Source: an uncultured delta proteobacterium (GTDB lineage: Bacteria; Desulfobacterota; Binatia; UBA9968). Taken from it: a stretch of DNA of 64,000 nt. A model generated the notes under the pieces. The model ran no database searches. It was not told the origin of the DNA and saw only the letters and a list, made by a program, of their open reading frames with translations. Every line of letters begins with the position of its first letter. Position 1 is the stretch's first letter. Shown piece after piece: positions 42,083 through 51,646 of this stretch. The stretch covers positions 1,120,001 to 1,184,000 of the forward strand of contig CAVUVW010000013.1 of the NCBI GenBank assembly GCA_963745035.1. The letters run 5' to 3'. The translations under genes and the position numbers were made by a program.

Positions 42083-43006
42083 TCACGCGCTCTTCGCCTT
42101 GCTTACCGAGCTGAGCAAGTTGAGTTCGGCAAAGAGTTCCCGCAACTCGTCGTAGGCGTCCCGGCTAAGCGGCTTGGACGGCCAGCGCGGATACATTTTC
42201 ACGTCGAACCCGCGCAACCGCATCGCCTCGCAGTAAATCGTTCGGCCGAAGGGACCGGCCAAGCGCAGAAAAATATCGTGGATCCTAATGACCGTCTTTT
42301 GCAACGACAACGCTTTGTGATTCTCGCCGGCGTCGATGGCGCGGACCAGCTCAACGCCAATCTCCGGTGTGACAGCGAGCGGCGGACTGATCGTTCCGGC
42401 GACGCCCACCGACATGGCGGAAACCAGGTTGCTCGCCAGCACATAGGGCGCAAACGAAGCCTTCACAATTTTCATGTAGGCCATCGCTTCGTCGACGCTC
42501 CCCATCGCCAGTTTGGCGCCGAAAATGCGCGGCACGGCGGTGACCAGACGCGCCATGAAATCCGGATGAATGTTGTAACCGGAGTAGCGCGGATTGTTAT
42601 ACACGAGTATCGGCATCCCAACAGCGCGATCCACCATTTTAAAATGCTCGATGATCTCGTACTCCGAACGGTCGGTATAGTAGTACGGACCGACGTGGCC
42701 GATAGCTTCGGCGCCAATGGACTTGGCGTGCTTGCCGAGATCGATAGCGGTATAGGGATCGACGGCACCGATCTGCACGACGACAGGCACGCGATGCTTC
42801 ACTTGTTGAACGACGATCTCGGCGACTTTCTTCCGCTCCTCCGGCGGAAGCGCGGGTCCCTGGCCGTACGAGCCCAAAATAAAGAACGCATGCACGCCGC
42901 AGGCGATAAACCAATCCGTCAGGTCGCGCATGAGCCTCTCATCCACCCTGCCGTCTTCCAAAAACACCGTCGGACTCGGAAGCACGATCCCTCTAATTTG
43001 CTCCAT
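42083..43006 (-). CDS. DHDPS/N-acetylneuraminate lyase family aldolase
   Basis: ILGSYGQ, PYYY, VYNNP and Schiff-base GAK motifs; GAGGAGG RBS. Confidence 0.92.
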   Translation of the reverse strand: MEQIRGIVLPSPTVFLEDGRVDERLMRDLTDWFIACGVHAFFILGSYGQGPALPPEERKKVAEIVVQQVKHRVPVVVQIGAVDPYTAIDLGKHAKSIGAEAIGHVGPYYYTDRSEYEIIEHFKMVDRAVGMPILVYNNPRYSGYNIHPDFMARLVTAVPRIFGAKLAMGSVDEAMAYMKIVKASFAPYVLASNLVSAMSVGVAGTISPPLAVTPEIGVELVRAIDAGENHKALSLQKTVIRIHDIFLRLAGPFGRTIYCEAMRLRGFDVKMYPRWPSKPLSRDAYDELRELFAELNLLSSVSKAKSA

Positions 43007-43037
43007 TATCAAATCCTCCTCGCTTCGGCGTGCGTAA

Positions 43038-43146
43038 ATGACAGATGCGTGTGCCTAATTGTCATTTCGAGCGGATGCGAGAAATCTTTTCCGATGCTTT
43101 CTCATTATCTGTGGCGAGCGTAAGCTCATGAATCACCTTGCGGTGA
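43038..43146. repeat. Composite GTCATT-type REP-like element, copy B
   Basis: Co-linear match to 28356-28451. Confidence 0.8.
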
Positions 43147-43166
43147 CCTTCCTCCGATTTCATAAC

Positions 43167-43203
43167 CCACTACTCCACCACTCCAATACTCCGGCACTCC
43201 ATT
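43167..43203. repeat. Octamer array (CTCCAnYA)n
   Basis: CCACTACTCCACCACTCCAATACTCCGGCACTCCATT; similar array at 61065. Confidence 0.7.
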
Positions 43204-43207
43204 CCCG

Positions 43208-43984
43208 TCATCCTCGCTCCGCCGCTTCCATCGCCGCGCGCAGCATGACGCCGTGCAGATCCACCGAAGTCATGGCGCAATACTCCAGGCCGTAGGTGGG
43301 CCGTTCGTCCGCCATGCCCTTCTCGAGCAACCGCTGCAGCGCCATGCGATTGAAGCTCGCATGGCCCATCACGCCTTCTTCATGCTCGGCCAAATCGGCT
43401 TCGACGTGGGTCGCGAAATACGTCGCCTTGTCGCGATCGAAGCCATAATGCGTCGTCAACGCTTTATAGCAGGCGGCCGACCAGTGACCGATCTGCTCCT
43501 CGGTCGTCACGGCCGAGTACCATTCCGCGGCGGTGCCTTCGTAGACGATGCCGCGCATGAAATCGATCTTGCCGCGGAATTCTGACAGCATCGGGGTGGT
43601 AAAAACTTCCTCCTCGGTTAATCCGAACGCCTGGGCGGTTTGCAGCATGACGAGAAAATGGCCCGGCGGCTTCGGATGAATGAACTCGTCGGCGATCTTC
43701 TCGCCGATAGGCCCCATGAGATCGCGGTTTACTTTTAGAAAAGTGATGTTCTTGTGGTAGGTGCAGGCGGTGAGGGTATTGATCTCGATCGTATAAGCGC
43801 CCCAGTTGCGAAAGAATGTTTGCAGCGTCTTGAGCGGCAGCTTGCCGGCCATGAGCTGCTGCATGAACGGCTTCTGGTTGACCTTTAATTCCCAGCGCTC
43901 GCGCACCATGGAGTAGAGTTGGTCGACGATCGCCTTCGCCTCGTTCGGTGAGTATTTTTCCCCCAGTTGAACCTGTAGCGCCAT
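43208..43984 (-). CDS. Heme-oxygenase-like diiron protein (CADD-like)
   Basis: PFMQQLMAG, DE..PGH, TEEQ and YGF..YFATHVEAD..H motifs. Confidence 0.82.
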   Translation of the reverse strand: MALQVQLGEKYSPNEAKAIVDQLYSMVRERWELKVNQKPFMQQLMAGKLPLKTLQTFFRNWGAYTIEINTLTACTYHKNITFLKVNRDLMGPIGEKIADEFIHPKPPGHFLVMLQTAQAFGLTEEEVFTTPMLSEFRGKIDFMRGIVYEGTAAEWYSAVTTEEQIGHWSAACYKALTTHYGFDRDKATYFATHVEADLAEHEEGVMGHASFNRMALQRLLEKGMADERPTYGLEYCAMTSVDLHGVMLRAAMEAAERG

Positions 43985-44083
43985 AGTGCCTCCGCGTTGA
44001 CTGTTTTTGCGCTGCTTACCCGGAAGACCTTATCTACTACACGAGCCGGGGCAACGTCGAGCATGATCGCGGCGAAGACCGAG

Positions 44084-45196
44084 TCACGCCGCGAAGCGCT
44101 CCGGTGAAAATGGCGCAGACCGCTGTTCCTGACCGCCGATGAGCAACTCCGCCGCCAACTCGCCGACGGCGGGGCTGGTCGTCATGCCATGCCCGCCCAG
44201 GCCGGCAACCCAGAAAAAATTTTTGATCTCGGGATCCCAGCCGATGACGAAACGTCCGTCCGGCGTCAGTGTACGCAAGCCTGCCCAGCCTTTGTTGATG
44301 CTCACCGCGGAGAGCGCCGGCATGAATCGTTCGATTTTCTCGGCGAGCAATTCCTTCACGCTTTCTTCGATCGGCGGATCACACGGAGCTAATTCGGTCT
44401 GATCGCAGGCACAAAGCAGCAACCCCTCGCCTTCGGGTCGGAAATAAATGTCGTGCGCGACATCCCAAACGAACGGCCACTTGGGATCGACCCAATCGAT
44501 CGGCGGCGATACGAAAAGATGCCGCCGGCACGGCCGCAAAGGCAGCTCGCGGGCGCCGGCCATTTGAGCAAGCATGTTTGCCCACGCCCCGCTGGCATTG
44601 ACAAGCGCCTTCGCTCGAATTGTTTCATTGTCGGTCGATACTTCGATCTCATTGCCGGAGAGCGCCCGTAGCGAACGAATTTTGGCGTTGTAGCGAATTT
44701 GCGCGCCGCGATCGCCGGCGAATTTCAGATAGCCCGACAACAAAGCGTGAATGTCGATGATGCCGTCGCTGCCGCACCAGAGCGCGCCTTCGAACTCCGC
44801 CCCTTCCAGCACGGGAACATACCGTATCGCCCTTTCGGGCGTCCAAAACTCGACGTCGATGCCAACCTTGCGGCCGGTTTCACCATCCTGTTTGAGCTTG
44901 TTCCACGAAGCACCGCTGCCCAAGAGCAGCGAACCATGCTGCTTGAAATGAATCGGCTCCGGCCAATCGCTCGGCAGGTTGCGCAGGAAGTCCGCTCCCT
45001 CGCGGGTCAGCCGCGCCAGATCGGGATCGGGCACGCACTGCCGCATCATCGCCGCATTGCGCCCGGAAGCGTGAAACCCCGGGATGCTTTCCTGCTCCAA
45101 AAGAACGATGTCCCTGACGCCTCGCCGGGTGAGCTGGTAAGCGGTTGCGGCGCCGGCGAAGCCTGCGCCGACGATCAAAAATTCGCACCTTTTCAT
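44084..45196 (-). CDS. FAD-dependent oxidoreductase (DAO family)
   Basis: GAGFAG, ASGRNA, WAGLRT and GLGGHG motifs. Confidence 0.94.
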   Translation of the reverse strand: MKRCEFLIVGAGFAGAATAYQLTRRGVRDIVLLEQESIPGFHASGRNAAMMRQCVPDPDLARLTREGADFLRNLPSDWPEPIHFKQHGSLLLGSGASWNKLKQDGETGRKVGIDVEFWTPERAIRYVPVLEGAEFEGALWCGSDGIIDIHALLSGYLKFAGDRGAQIRYNAKIRSLRALSGNEIEVSTDNETIRAKALVNASGAWANMLAQMAGARELPLRPCRRHLFVSPPIDWVDPKWPFVWDVAHDIYFRPEGEGLLLCACDQTELAPCDPPIEESVKELLAEKIERFMPALSAVSINKGWAGLRTLTPDGRFVIGWDPEIKNFFWVAGLGGHGMTTSPAVGELAAELLIGGQEQRSAPFSPERFAA

Positions 45197-45348
45197 AGAT
45201 TACGACCTGTTCTGTAATTTATTATATGAAGTCTTAAACAAAGCCAAAAGGAGCGCGGCGCCGCGCGCGCATGCGCCAAAAAAGTCGCGGGGTTTGCGGA
45301 CTTTTTGGGGTTTGAATCACTACCGAACTGCGCTATAGTCAAAACCAA

Positions 45349-47172
45349 ATGAGAGTCCATCGTTACACTCAATGGGACGGTACGCAACGAGTCGTCTTTC
45401 CCACAACCGACGATCTTCTCAAACATCTCTCCGATCATTTACTGGAAGAAGAAGGCGTGCGGCGCGCCCTGCGCGATTTGATGCGCCGTGGTTTTACCTC
45501 AGAAGACGGCCAGCGCACCGTCAAAGGCATGCGTGATTTTCTCCGCGAGGCGGACGAAAAACGGCGCGAATTGCTCAACAAGTATTCACCCGATTCATTC
45601 AAACTCTCCGCGGAAGAACAGCAAGCCTTGAGCGAAAAGCTCAACAAGCTTTCCGAAAAGCTGGAAGCCTATCACGAGCAAATGCGCAACTTCATGGAGC
45701 GCATGTCGGGCAAGTTCGCCGACCGCATGGACGAGCTCAACGAAAAAATGCGCGAGGCATACCAGCGTTACCAGGAGCTGAAAAATCGCCTGCAGAATCA
45801 GATTTCCGAGCGCGGCATGCAGAAAAACCAGAACATGTCCGGGCAAAATCCCCAATCGCTCATGGACATGCTCGACCGCATGCAGAAGCTCTTGGAAGAC
45901 GAGAATTTCTTGAAGAATCTCCCGAGCATGATGGATGCGGCGGTCAACGATCTGGAGAACATGCTGGAGAATCTCGACTCCATGAGCCAGGAGCAGCTGC
46001 AGCAATTGAGCGACATGATGAGCCAGATGCAGCAGCTCGAGCAATTGATGAACCAGTTTTCTTTTCAAGGCTCCGAGCGCATGGGCATGGGCGACGCGGG
46101 GCAGATTCTCAGCCAGATGCGCGGCCTCGAACGGTTTCTCCGCTGGGGCCAGCGCGGCATGGGCGATCCGTCGGACCTCAACCTTGAAGAGTTGCGCGAG
46201 ATCCTCGGCGAAGAGGCCTACGAGCATCTCAAATATCTAAAAAGCGTCGAGCAGACCCTCGAAGACGAAGGCTACATCGTCCGCACCAACCACGGGCTCC
46301 GGCTCACTCCCAAAGGCATGCGCAAGATCGGCGACAAGGCGCTGCGCGAGATCTTTCAGATGCTCAACAAAGGCCGCTGGGGCAACCACGCAACCTCCCT
46401 GCGCGGCTCCCAGGGCGACCTGATGGAGGAAACCAAGGAATACGAGTACGGCGATCCGCTCAACGTCAATATCGGCGAGACGTTGCTCAACGCGCTGGAG
46501 AAGCGCAAACCGGGCGAGCCGCTGCGCATCGCGCCGGAGGATTTTTCCGTGCATCGGGTGGAATACTCGACGGTGAGCGAAACCGCGCTGCTGATCGACG
46601 TGAGCTACTCGATGTTGATGAACGACGCTCTGCACGCCGGCAAGAAAGTCGCCCTCGCCTTGCATCGCCTGATCCAGACCAAATATCCGCAGGACACGCT
46701 TCACCTGGTCGCGTTTCGGTCCAATGCCAAATTGATTCACGCCGAAGATCTACCGTCGATCGTCTCGCTGACCTACTTCATGGAGCACGGCACGGATATC
46801 AAGGAAGCACTTCGCTACGCGCGCCAGCTTCTCGGATCGAACCGCAGCGCCAACCGTCAGATCATCCTCATCACCGACGGTGAGCCGACGGCGGCGACTC
46901 TGGATCGCGGCGGTCGGCTGCACAGCGGCTGGGGCTCGGCGCTCTTGCACAGCCGCATCGTTCACGAGACTCTCAAAGAGGTAAAGCGCTGCACGCAGAG
47001 CGGCATCAAGATCAACACCTTCATGCTCGGCGCCGACTTTTACCGGCAGGGCTTCATCGACCAGCTCTCACGGCTCAACACTGGCCGCGTCTTTTACACT
47101 ACCCCCGATCAGATGGGCAACTACATCGTCGTCGACTATCTCAACAACAAGCGCAAACGCCTGGGACGCTGA
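45349..47172 (+). CDS. VWA domain protein with long Met/Gln-rich coiled-coil
   Basis: RYTQWDG, LRLTPKG.RKIG, MIDAS DVSYSM, GT and ITDGEPT motifs. Confidence 0.9.
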   Translation: MRVHRYTQWDGTQRVVFPTTDDLLKHLSDHLLEEEGVRRALRDLMRRGFTSEDGQRTVKGMRDFLREADEKRRELLNKYSPDSFKLSAEEQQALSEKLNKLSEKLEAYHEQMRNFMERMSGKFADRMDELNEKMREAYQRYQELKNRLQNQISERGMQKNQNMSGQNPQSLMDMLDRMQKLLEDENFLKNLPSMMDAAVNDLENMLENLDSMSQEQLQQLSDMMSQMQQLEQLMNQFSFQGSERMGMGDAGQILSQMRGLERFLRWGQRGMGDPSDLNLEELREILGEEAYEHLKYLKSVEQTLEDEGYIVRTNHGLRLTPKGMRKIGDKALREIFQMLNKGRWGNHATSLRGSQGDLMEETKEYEYGDPLNVNIGETLLNALEKRKPGEPLRIAPEDFSVHRVEYSTVSETALLIDVSYSMLMNDALHAGKKVALALHRLIQTKYPQDTLHLVAFRSNAKLIHAEDLPSIVSLTYFMEHGTDIKEALRYARQLLGSNRSANRQIILITDGEPTAATLDRGGRLHSGWGSALLHSRIVHETLKEVKRCTQSGIKINTFMLGADFYRQGFIDQLSRLNTGRVFYTTPDQMGNYIVVDYLNNKRKRLGR

Positions 47173-47198
47173 CCTCCACCCCGCTCCGCCGCCGCCCT

Positions 47199-47577
47199 AT
47201 TTTGGATTTTAGATTTTGGATTTGGATTGTCGGATGCTGGTGCCGGTCTTTGCTGGTCAGCCACCACTCGATTTAGATTGTTAATGTTCTCTCGGGATGG
47301 TTGAAATCCCTCGCCTTGGGCACAGTGGAGCTTCGTCTTGCCGGCGAATGCCGGCATCCAGGTTATTTTTCGGTTCAGGAAGCGCCTAGATTCCGGCTGG
47401 AGTTTATCCTGAGTGCGCCGAAGGACCGGAAATGACAGAATTAAGAGTCGAACAAACTCAGAACCCGAAGTTTATAGCCGAGAAAAGCAGTTCTGGACTT
47501 GAGCGGACGGCAGATGTGGGCGCGCGGTTGAACGGCGCCCGAGGCGATCCGACGATCCAAAATCTAAAATTCAAATC
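47199..47577. repeat. Inverted heptamer arrays enclosing a REP-like palindrome
   Basis: ATTTTGGATTTTAGATTTTGG (47199-47229) versus CCAAAATCTAAAATTCAAATC (47554-47577); GTCTTGCCGGCGAATGCCGGCATCCAG...CCGGAAATGAC in between. Confidence 0.7.
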
Positions 47578-47580
47578 GTC

Positions 47581-48765
47581 TCATTCTTTGTCAGCGATCA
47601 GCGCCAGAACTCCTGTGTAGGCGAACAAGTGGTTAGCGCGGCCCAAGGGCGCGAGCTCGTAGCCGCCGAACATGCCGATGAGCGGGAAGTCGCCGAGCGC
47701 CTGGCGGATGTAAGCGGCATCGATGCCGGGGATGCCATAGAGCGAGTTGCCGCGCGCGCAGCAGTTGAAATACAAGCCGAAGGCCGGCTTTCTTCCCCGC
47801 AACTTTTCAACTTGCCGGCGCAGCATCTGATCCAAATCTTCGCGCGCGCGCTGGCCGTCGCGCATGGCGAAGATCATCGACTGGCCTTCGCTGACGTAAT
47901 CCGCCACGCCTAAGATTCCCTTTTCCGCGTCCAAGCCGACGATGTTGCGGACCAGATAATTTCCCGCGGCGACGCTATTTTCTTCGCGACTGGCGGGCAA
48001 GCCGACGAACAGGACCATCAAGGCGCGCCGGATATCTTCGGCCAACGGTCCCTTGAGCAGCTTGGCAAACACTTCGATCGCCGGGCGATCGTCGATTTCG
48101 TAAATGAGGTTGCCCTCGGCCTTGGAGATCGTCATCGGCGGGGAAATCGGCTGGCAACCCTGGGTGATGTCGATATGAACGTCGAATTCGCCGGAAAGAT
48201 AAGCGCCTGCGACCGAATTTGATCCGATCTTGTCGGCGCAAAGTTGAAACGTCGCGCCCACGCCTCCACTCTCCGTAGTCCCGGCGCCGACCACCGGATG
48301 AAAACCGGCGCGGCCGGCCATGGCGCTCAGCAAGGGCTGCGGATTGCCGTTGTAGGTATCCGGCAGCAAGATCATCAACGAATTCTTGTCATCCGTTTTG
48401 GCGAGAAAGTCGCCGAAGCTCCGGCCCAGATTTTCTTCGTTGCCGCGCAGCGGCTCAAAGATAAACGGCCGGCCAACAATCTCTTCGGCCGCGATCACCA
48501 GCACGGCGACACCGGTGCTGCCCTCGATCTCGCCCTCGCCGGTCAACACGCCCGCGCCGCTGCAACCGACCACGCAATCGGTGCCAACGGATTGGATCAG
48601 AGATGACGTGAGCTCACGTGGATGCGAGGCATGGTCCGACGTAAAGAACATCATTGCCAGATCCGCCCGTGCGACTCCCGCTCGCGCCAGCGCCTGGCTC
48701 GCGGCTTCCTTAACCGCTTCCGCCGCTGCCGTTGCCTGGCTTTGCCCTACTCCCGCGCGAATCAT
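47581..48765 (-). CDS. FIST N/C domain signal transduction protein
   Basis: GCSGAG, TQGCQPI, YLVRN, CCARG and GMFGGYELAP motifs. Confidence 0.92.
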   Translation of the reverse strand: MIRAGVGQSQATAAAEAVKEAASQALARAGVARADLAMMFFTSDHASHPRELTSSLIQSVGTDCVVGCSGAGVLTGEGEIEGSTGVAVLVIAAEEIVGRPFIFEPLRGNEENLGRSFGDFLAKTDDKNSLMILLPDTYNGNPQPLLSAMAGRAGFHPVVGAGTTESGGVGATFQLCADKIGSNSVAGAYLSGEFDVHIDITQGCQPISPPMTISKAEGNLIYEIDDRPAIEVFAKLLKGPLAEDIRRALMVLFVGLPASREENSVAAGNYLVRNIVGLDAEKGILGVADYVSEGQSMIFAMRDGQRAREDLDQMLRRQVEKLRGRKPAFGLYFNCCARGNSLYGIPGIDAAYIRQALGDFPLIGMFGGYELAPLGRANHLFAYTGVLALIADKE

Positions 48766-48896
48766 GCGGTCACTATAGAGAACTGTAGATCACGGGGTCA
48801 AGGTCCTTCGATGAGGAATCGCATTTGAAAAGCGAGCGGGTTGAGACTAGTATTAGTGTGGTTAGCCAATTCTCCCATACCCGCTCAAAAACGACT

Positions 48897-49664
48897 ATGA
48901 AAATTTTCCAGATTCCTATGCTGCGCGACAACTACGCCTATCTGCTGGTTTGCGGAAAAACCAAATCCGCAGCCATCATCGATCCCTCCGAGGCGGAGCC
49001 TGCTCTGAATAAAGTCGAGCAGGAAGGCGTTAACCTTGAAGCCATTCTCAATACCCATCACCACCGCGACCATACCGGGGGCAATGAAGGTATACTGACA
49101 AAGAAGAAAGTCGAGGTTTACGGCCACAAGAGCGACAGCGCCAGAATCCATGGCCTTAGTCGAGGCGTCGATGAAAACGACGAAGTTCAAGTCGGCGAGA
49201 TGAGAGGAAAGGTCTTGTTCATTCCCGGCCATACGACCGGCCACATTGCATATCTCTTCGACAACAATCTGTTTTGCGGCGATACTCTCTTCACGGCGGG
49301 ATGCGGCCGGCTCTTCGAGGGCACGCCGGAACAAATGCATGGCTCGCTCAAGAAGTTGATGGGCTTGTGGGACAACACGAAAGTCTACTGCGGTCACGAA
49401 TACACCGAGAGCAATCTTCGCTTCGCCATGTCCGTGGAACCCAAAAACCCCAAGCTCGCGTCGCGCTTCGAACGGGTGCAAGGACTGCGCGCGCGAGGCG
49501 CGTCCACAGTACCCTCGACTCTGGAAGAGGAAAAACAAACCAATCCCTTCTTGCGCTGGGACAGCAAAGAGATTCACGCGTCGCTCAAATCGGCCGATCC
49601 CCATACCCGTCTGGATCCGGTTTCTGTATTTGCCGCCGTCCGAAAGATGAAGGACGCTTTCTGA
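48897..49664 (+). CDS. gloB: Hydroxyacylglutathione hydrolase (glyoxalase II)
   Basis: DNYAY, THHHRDHTGG, GDTLF.AGCGR, CGHEYT and NPFLR motifs. Confidence 0.95.
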   Translation: MKIFQIPMLRDNYAYLLVCGKTKSAAIIDPSEAEPALNKVEQEGVNLEAILNTHHHRDHTGGNEGILTKKKVEVYGHKSDSARIHGLSRGVDENDEVQVGEMRGKVLFIPGHTTGHIAYLFDNNLFCGDTLFTAGCGRLFEGTPEQMHGSLKKLMGLWDNTKVYCGHEYTESNLRFAMSVEPKNPKLASRFERVQGLRARGASTVPSTLEEEKQTNPFLRWDSKEIHASLKSADPHTRLDPVSVFAAVRKMKDAF

Positions 49665-49923
49665 CAGTCGGTTCGTCTTCGATAGCGAAACGACTCTCTA
49701 ACCACTGAGATCTTCGGCCGAGGTTAAACGCCCTGCAACACCCGCCACCGCGGAAATTGCTTGATTCCGCGTCCGCATAAGCGCTATTTTATGGCGATCT
49801 CCGAAGCATCGAAACGACTCCGGCGCCAAGATTTTCCTTCGTTCGAAATGGACTTCAAATAGGCGCCGCAACGGTGGCGGTTGCAGAGCGGCAAACCATC
49901 CGTGTCCAGGCACGCAGTCGGCG

Positions 49924-50400
49924 ATGAATCTAAAAGAACGAACCTATCTCTGGTACATTTCCGTTCTGCGCATCTACATCGGTTATTACCTGTTGAAGCA
50001 AGGCTTGGGAAAATTTCAACGCGACTTTCCCAAAGGCGATTGGGTCGGCCGGCAGATCGGCGACGTGGCCGCGCTCGATCTCTATCCCTGGTACAAAAAC
50101 TTTCTGCTCGGCTATGTGGTGCCACATCAGGAGCTGTTCGGCTATCTCGTCATGGTCGGCGAGCTCGCCGTCGGCGCTTGCTTGCTGCTCGGTTTATTGA
50201 CTCGCTTCAGCGCCGTCGTCGGCCTTTTCATGTTGATCAATTACTATCTCGGCCCCGGCATGGCGCGCGGCGGCGCCCCCATGGCGCAGCAGCAGACATT
50301 TATCGTTGCATTGGCGATTTTCGCGCTGTCCAATCCAGGCCGCACCTTGGGATTGGACGGTTTGTTCTTCGGCGGCGGCAAGGGAAAGGGGGCGCGATGA
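49924..50400 (+). CDS. DoxX/DoxD-like membrane protein
   Basis: LRIYIG, GELAVG..LLLGLLTR and GLD motifs. Confidence 0.88.
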   Translation: MNLKERTYLWYISVLRIYIGYYLLKQGLGKFQRDFPKGDWVGRQIGDVAALDLYPWYKNFLLGYVVPHQELFGYLVMVGELAVGACLLLGLLTRFSAVVGLFMLINYYLGPGMARGGAPMAQQQTFIVALAIFALSNPGRTLGLDGLFFGGGKGKGAR

Positions 50401-51512
50401 AACTCTCCGGAGTCGCGACACCGGAAGGCACGGACCGCTATCAAAAGCGCTTTGCCGGTCGAATACCGCCAGAGCATTTTCGCCAAACCCACGGACTCTG
50501 GGTGTCGTCCATCGGCATTGGCACCTATCTCGGCAATCATGACGAAGCCACCGACGAGCAATACCGCCAGGCGGTCGTCCGCGCCGTCGAGTCGGGCTGC
50601 AACGTCATCGACACGGCGATCAATTATCGTTGCCAGAGAAGCGAGCGCGCCATCGGGGCCGCGCTCAAGGAACTGGCCGCGCGCGGCTTCGATCGCAGCG
50701 AGGTCGTTATCGCAACCAAGGGCGGCTTTCTACCCTTCGACGGCGCGCCGCCCCAAGATCCGCACAGCTATTTCGAGCAGACTTTCGTCGGCACCGGCCT
50801 CGCCACGGCGGCGGAGATTGTCGGCGGATATCACTGCATGACGCCGCGCTACTTGAGCCATCAGCTCGACTGCAGCCTGCGCAATCTCGCGGTCGAAAGC
50901 ATCGACATCTATTACGTGCACAACCCGGAAAGCCAACTGGGGAAAATAGCGCGGGAGGAATTCGACGACCGGCTCTGCCGGGCGTTCGAAGCGCTGGAGC
51001 ACGCCGTCGCGGCGGGTAAGATCCGCATGTACGGCACCGCCACCTGGAACGGTTATCGCAACCCTGCCGACGCGGCCGACTATCTGTCCCTTGCCCACGT
51101 GGTCGCGCTGGCGGAAAAGGTCGGCGGCAAGGACCACCACTTCAAAGTGATCCAGTTGCCGCTCAATCTCGGCATGAGCGAGGCATTGTCGAGTGTAAAT
51201 CAACGAGCGGGTGGCAGGGACGCAACCTTGCTCGAAGCCGCCCAGACGCTCAACATCGCGGTCATGTGCAGCGCTTCCGTGCTACAGGGCCAGTTGACTC
51301 GTAATTTGCCGGAGATGATTCGCGATACGTTCCAGGGTTTGGAAACCGATGGCCAGCGTGCGCTTCAATTCGTTCGTTCCACGCCGGGCGTCACGACGGC
51401 GCTGGTGGGCATGAAGCAGTTGAGCCACGTCGAGGAGAATCTCAAGACCGCGCAAGCGCCGCCCGCGCCATGGGAGCAGTACTCGAAGCTGTTCCAGAGC
51501 GAGGCGCAGTAG
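50397..51512 (+). CDS. Aldo/keto reductase
   Basis: SSIGIGTYLG, IDTAINYR and DIYYVHNPE motifs; ATGA overlap with DoxX gene. Confidence 0.93.
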   Translation: MKLSGVATPEGTDRYQKRFAGRIPPEHFRQTHGLWVSSIGIGTYLGNHDEATDEQYRQAVVRAVESGCNVIDTAINYRCQRSERAIGAALKELAARGFDRSEVVIATKGGFLPFDGAPPQDPHSYFEQTFVGTGLATAAEIVGGYHCMTPRYLSHQLDCSLRNLAVESIDIYYVHNPESQLGKIAREEFDDRLCRAFEALEHAVAAGKIRMYGTATWNGYRNPADAADYLSLAHVVALAEKVGGKDHHFKVIQLPLNLGMSEALSSVNQRAGGRDATLLEAAQTLNIAVMCSASVLQGQLTRNLPEMIRDTFQGLETDGQRALQFVRSTPGVTTALVGMKQLSHVEENLKTAQAPPAPWEQYSKLFQSEAQ

Positions 51513-51646
51513 TTCCCGCGCTTCCTTCGAGCAGCCGCGGGCTATTTGTTTTCGGAACTTTCGTAGGGGTGTATAGCGTACGCCCTCGCAGATGCTGAAC
51601 TTCACAAAACACGAGCGGCGTATTGAATTGACTTCTGAAGTGGAAA

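Noticed and set aside
37650-43984. PQQ biosynthesis cluster
   Set aside because: No pqqA/B/D/E, and the proteins carry diiron-type ligand sets rather than PqqC motifs
49881-50396. Long N-terminal extension of the aldo/keto reductase
   Set aside because: Alternative frame of the DoxX gene; the real start overlaps the DoxX stop at 50397
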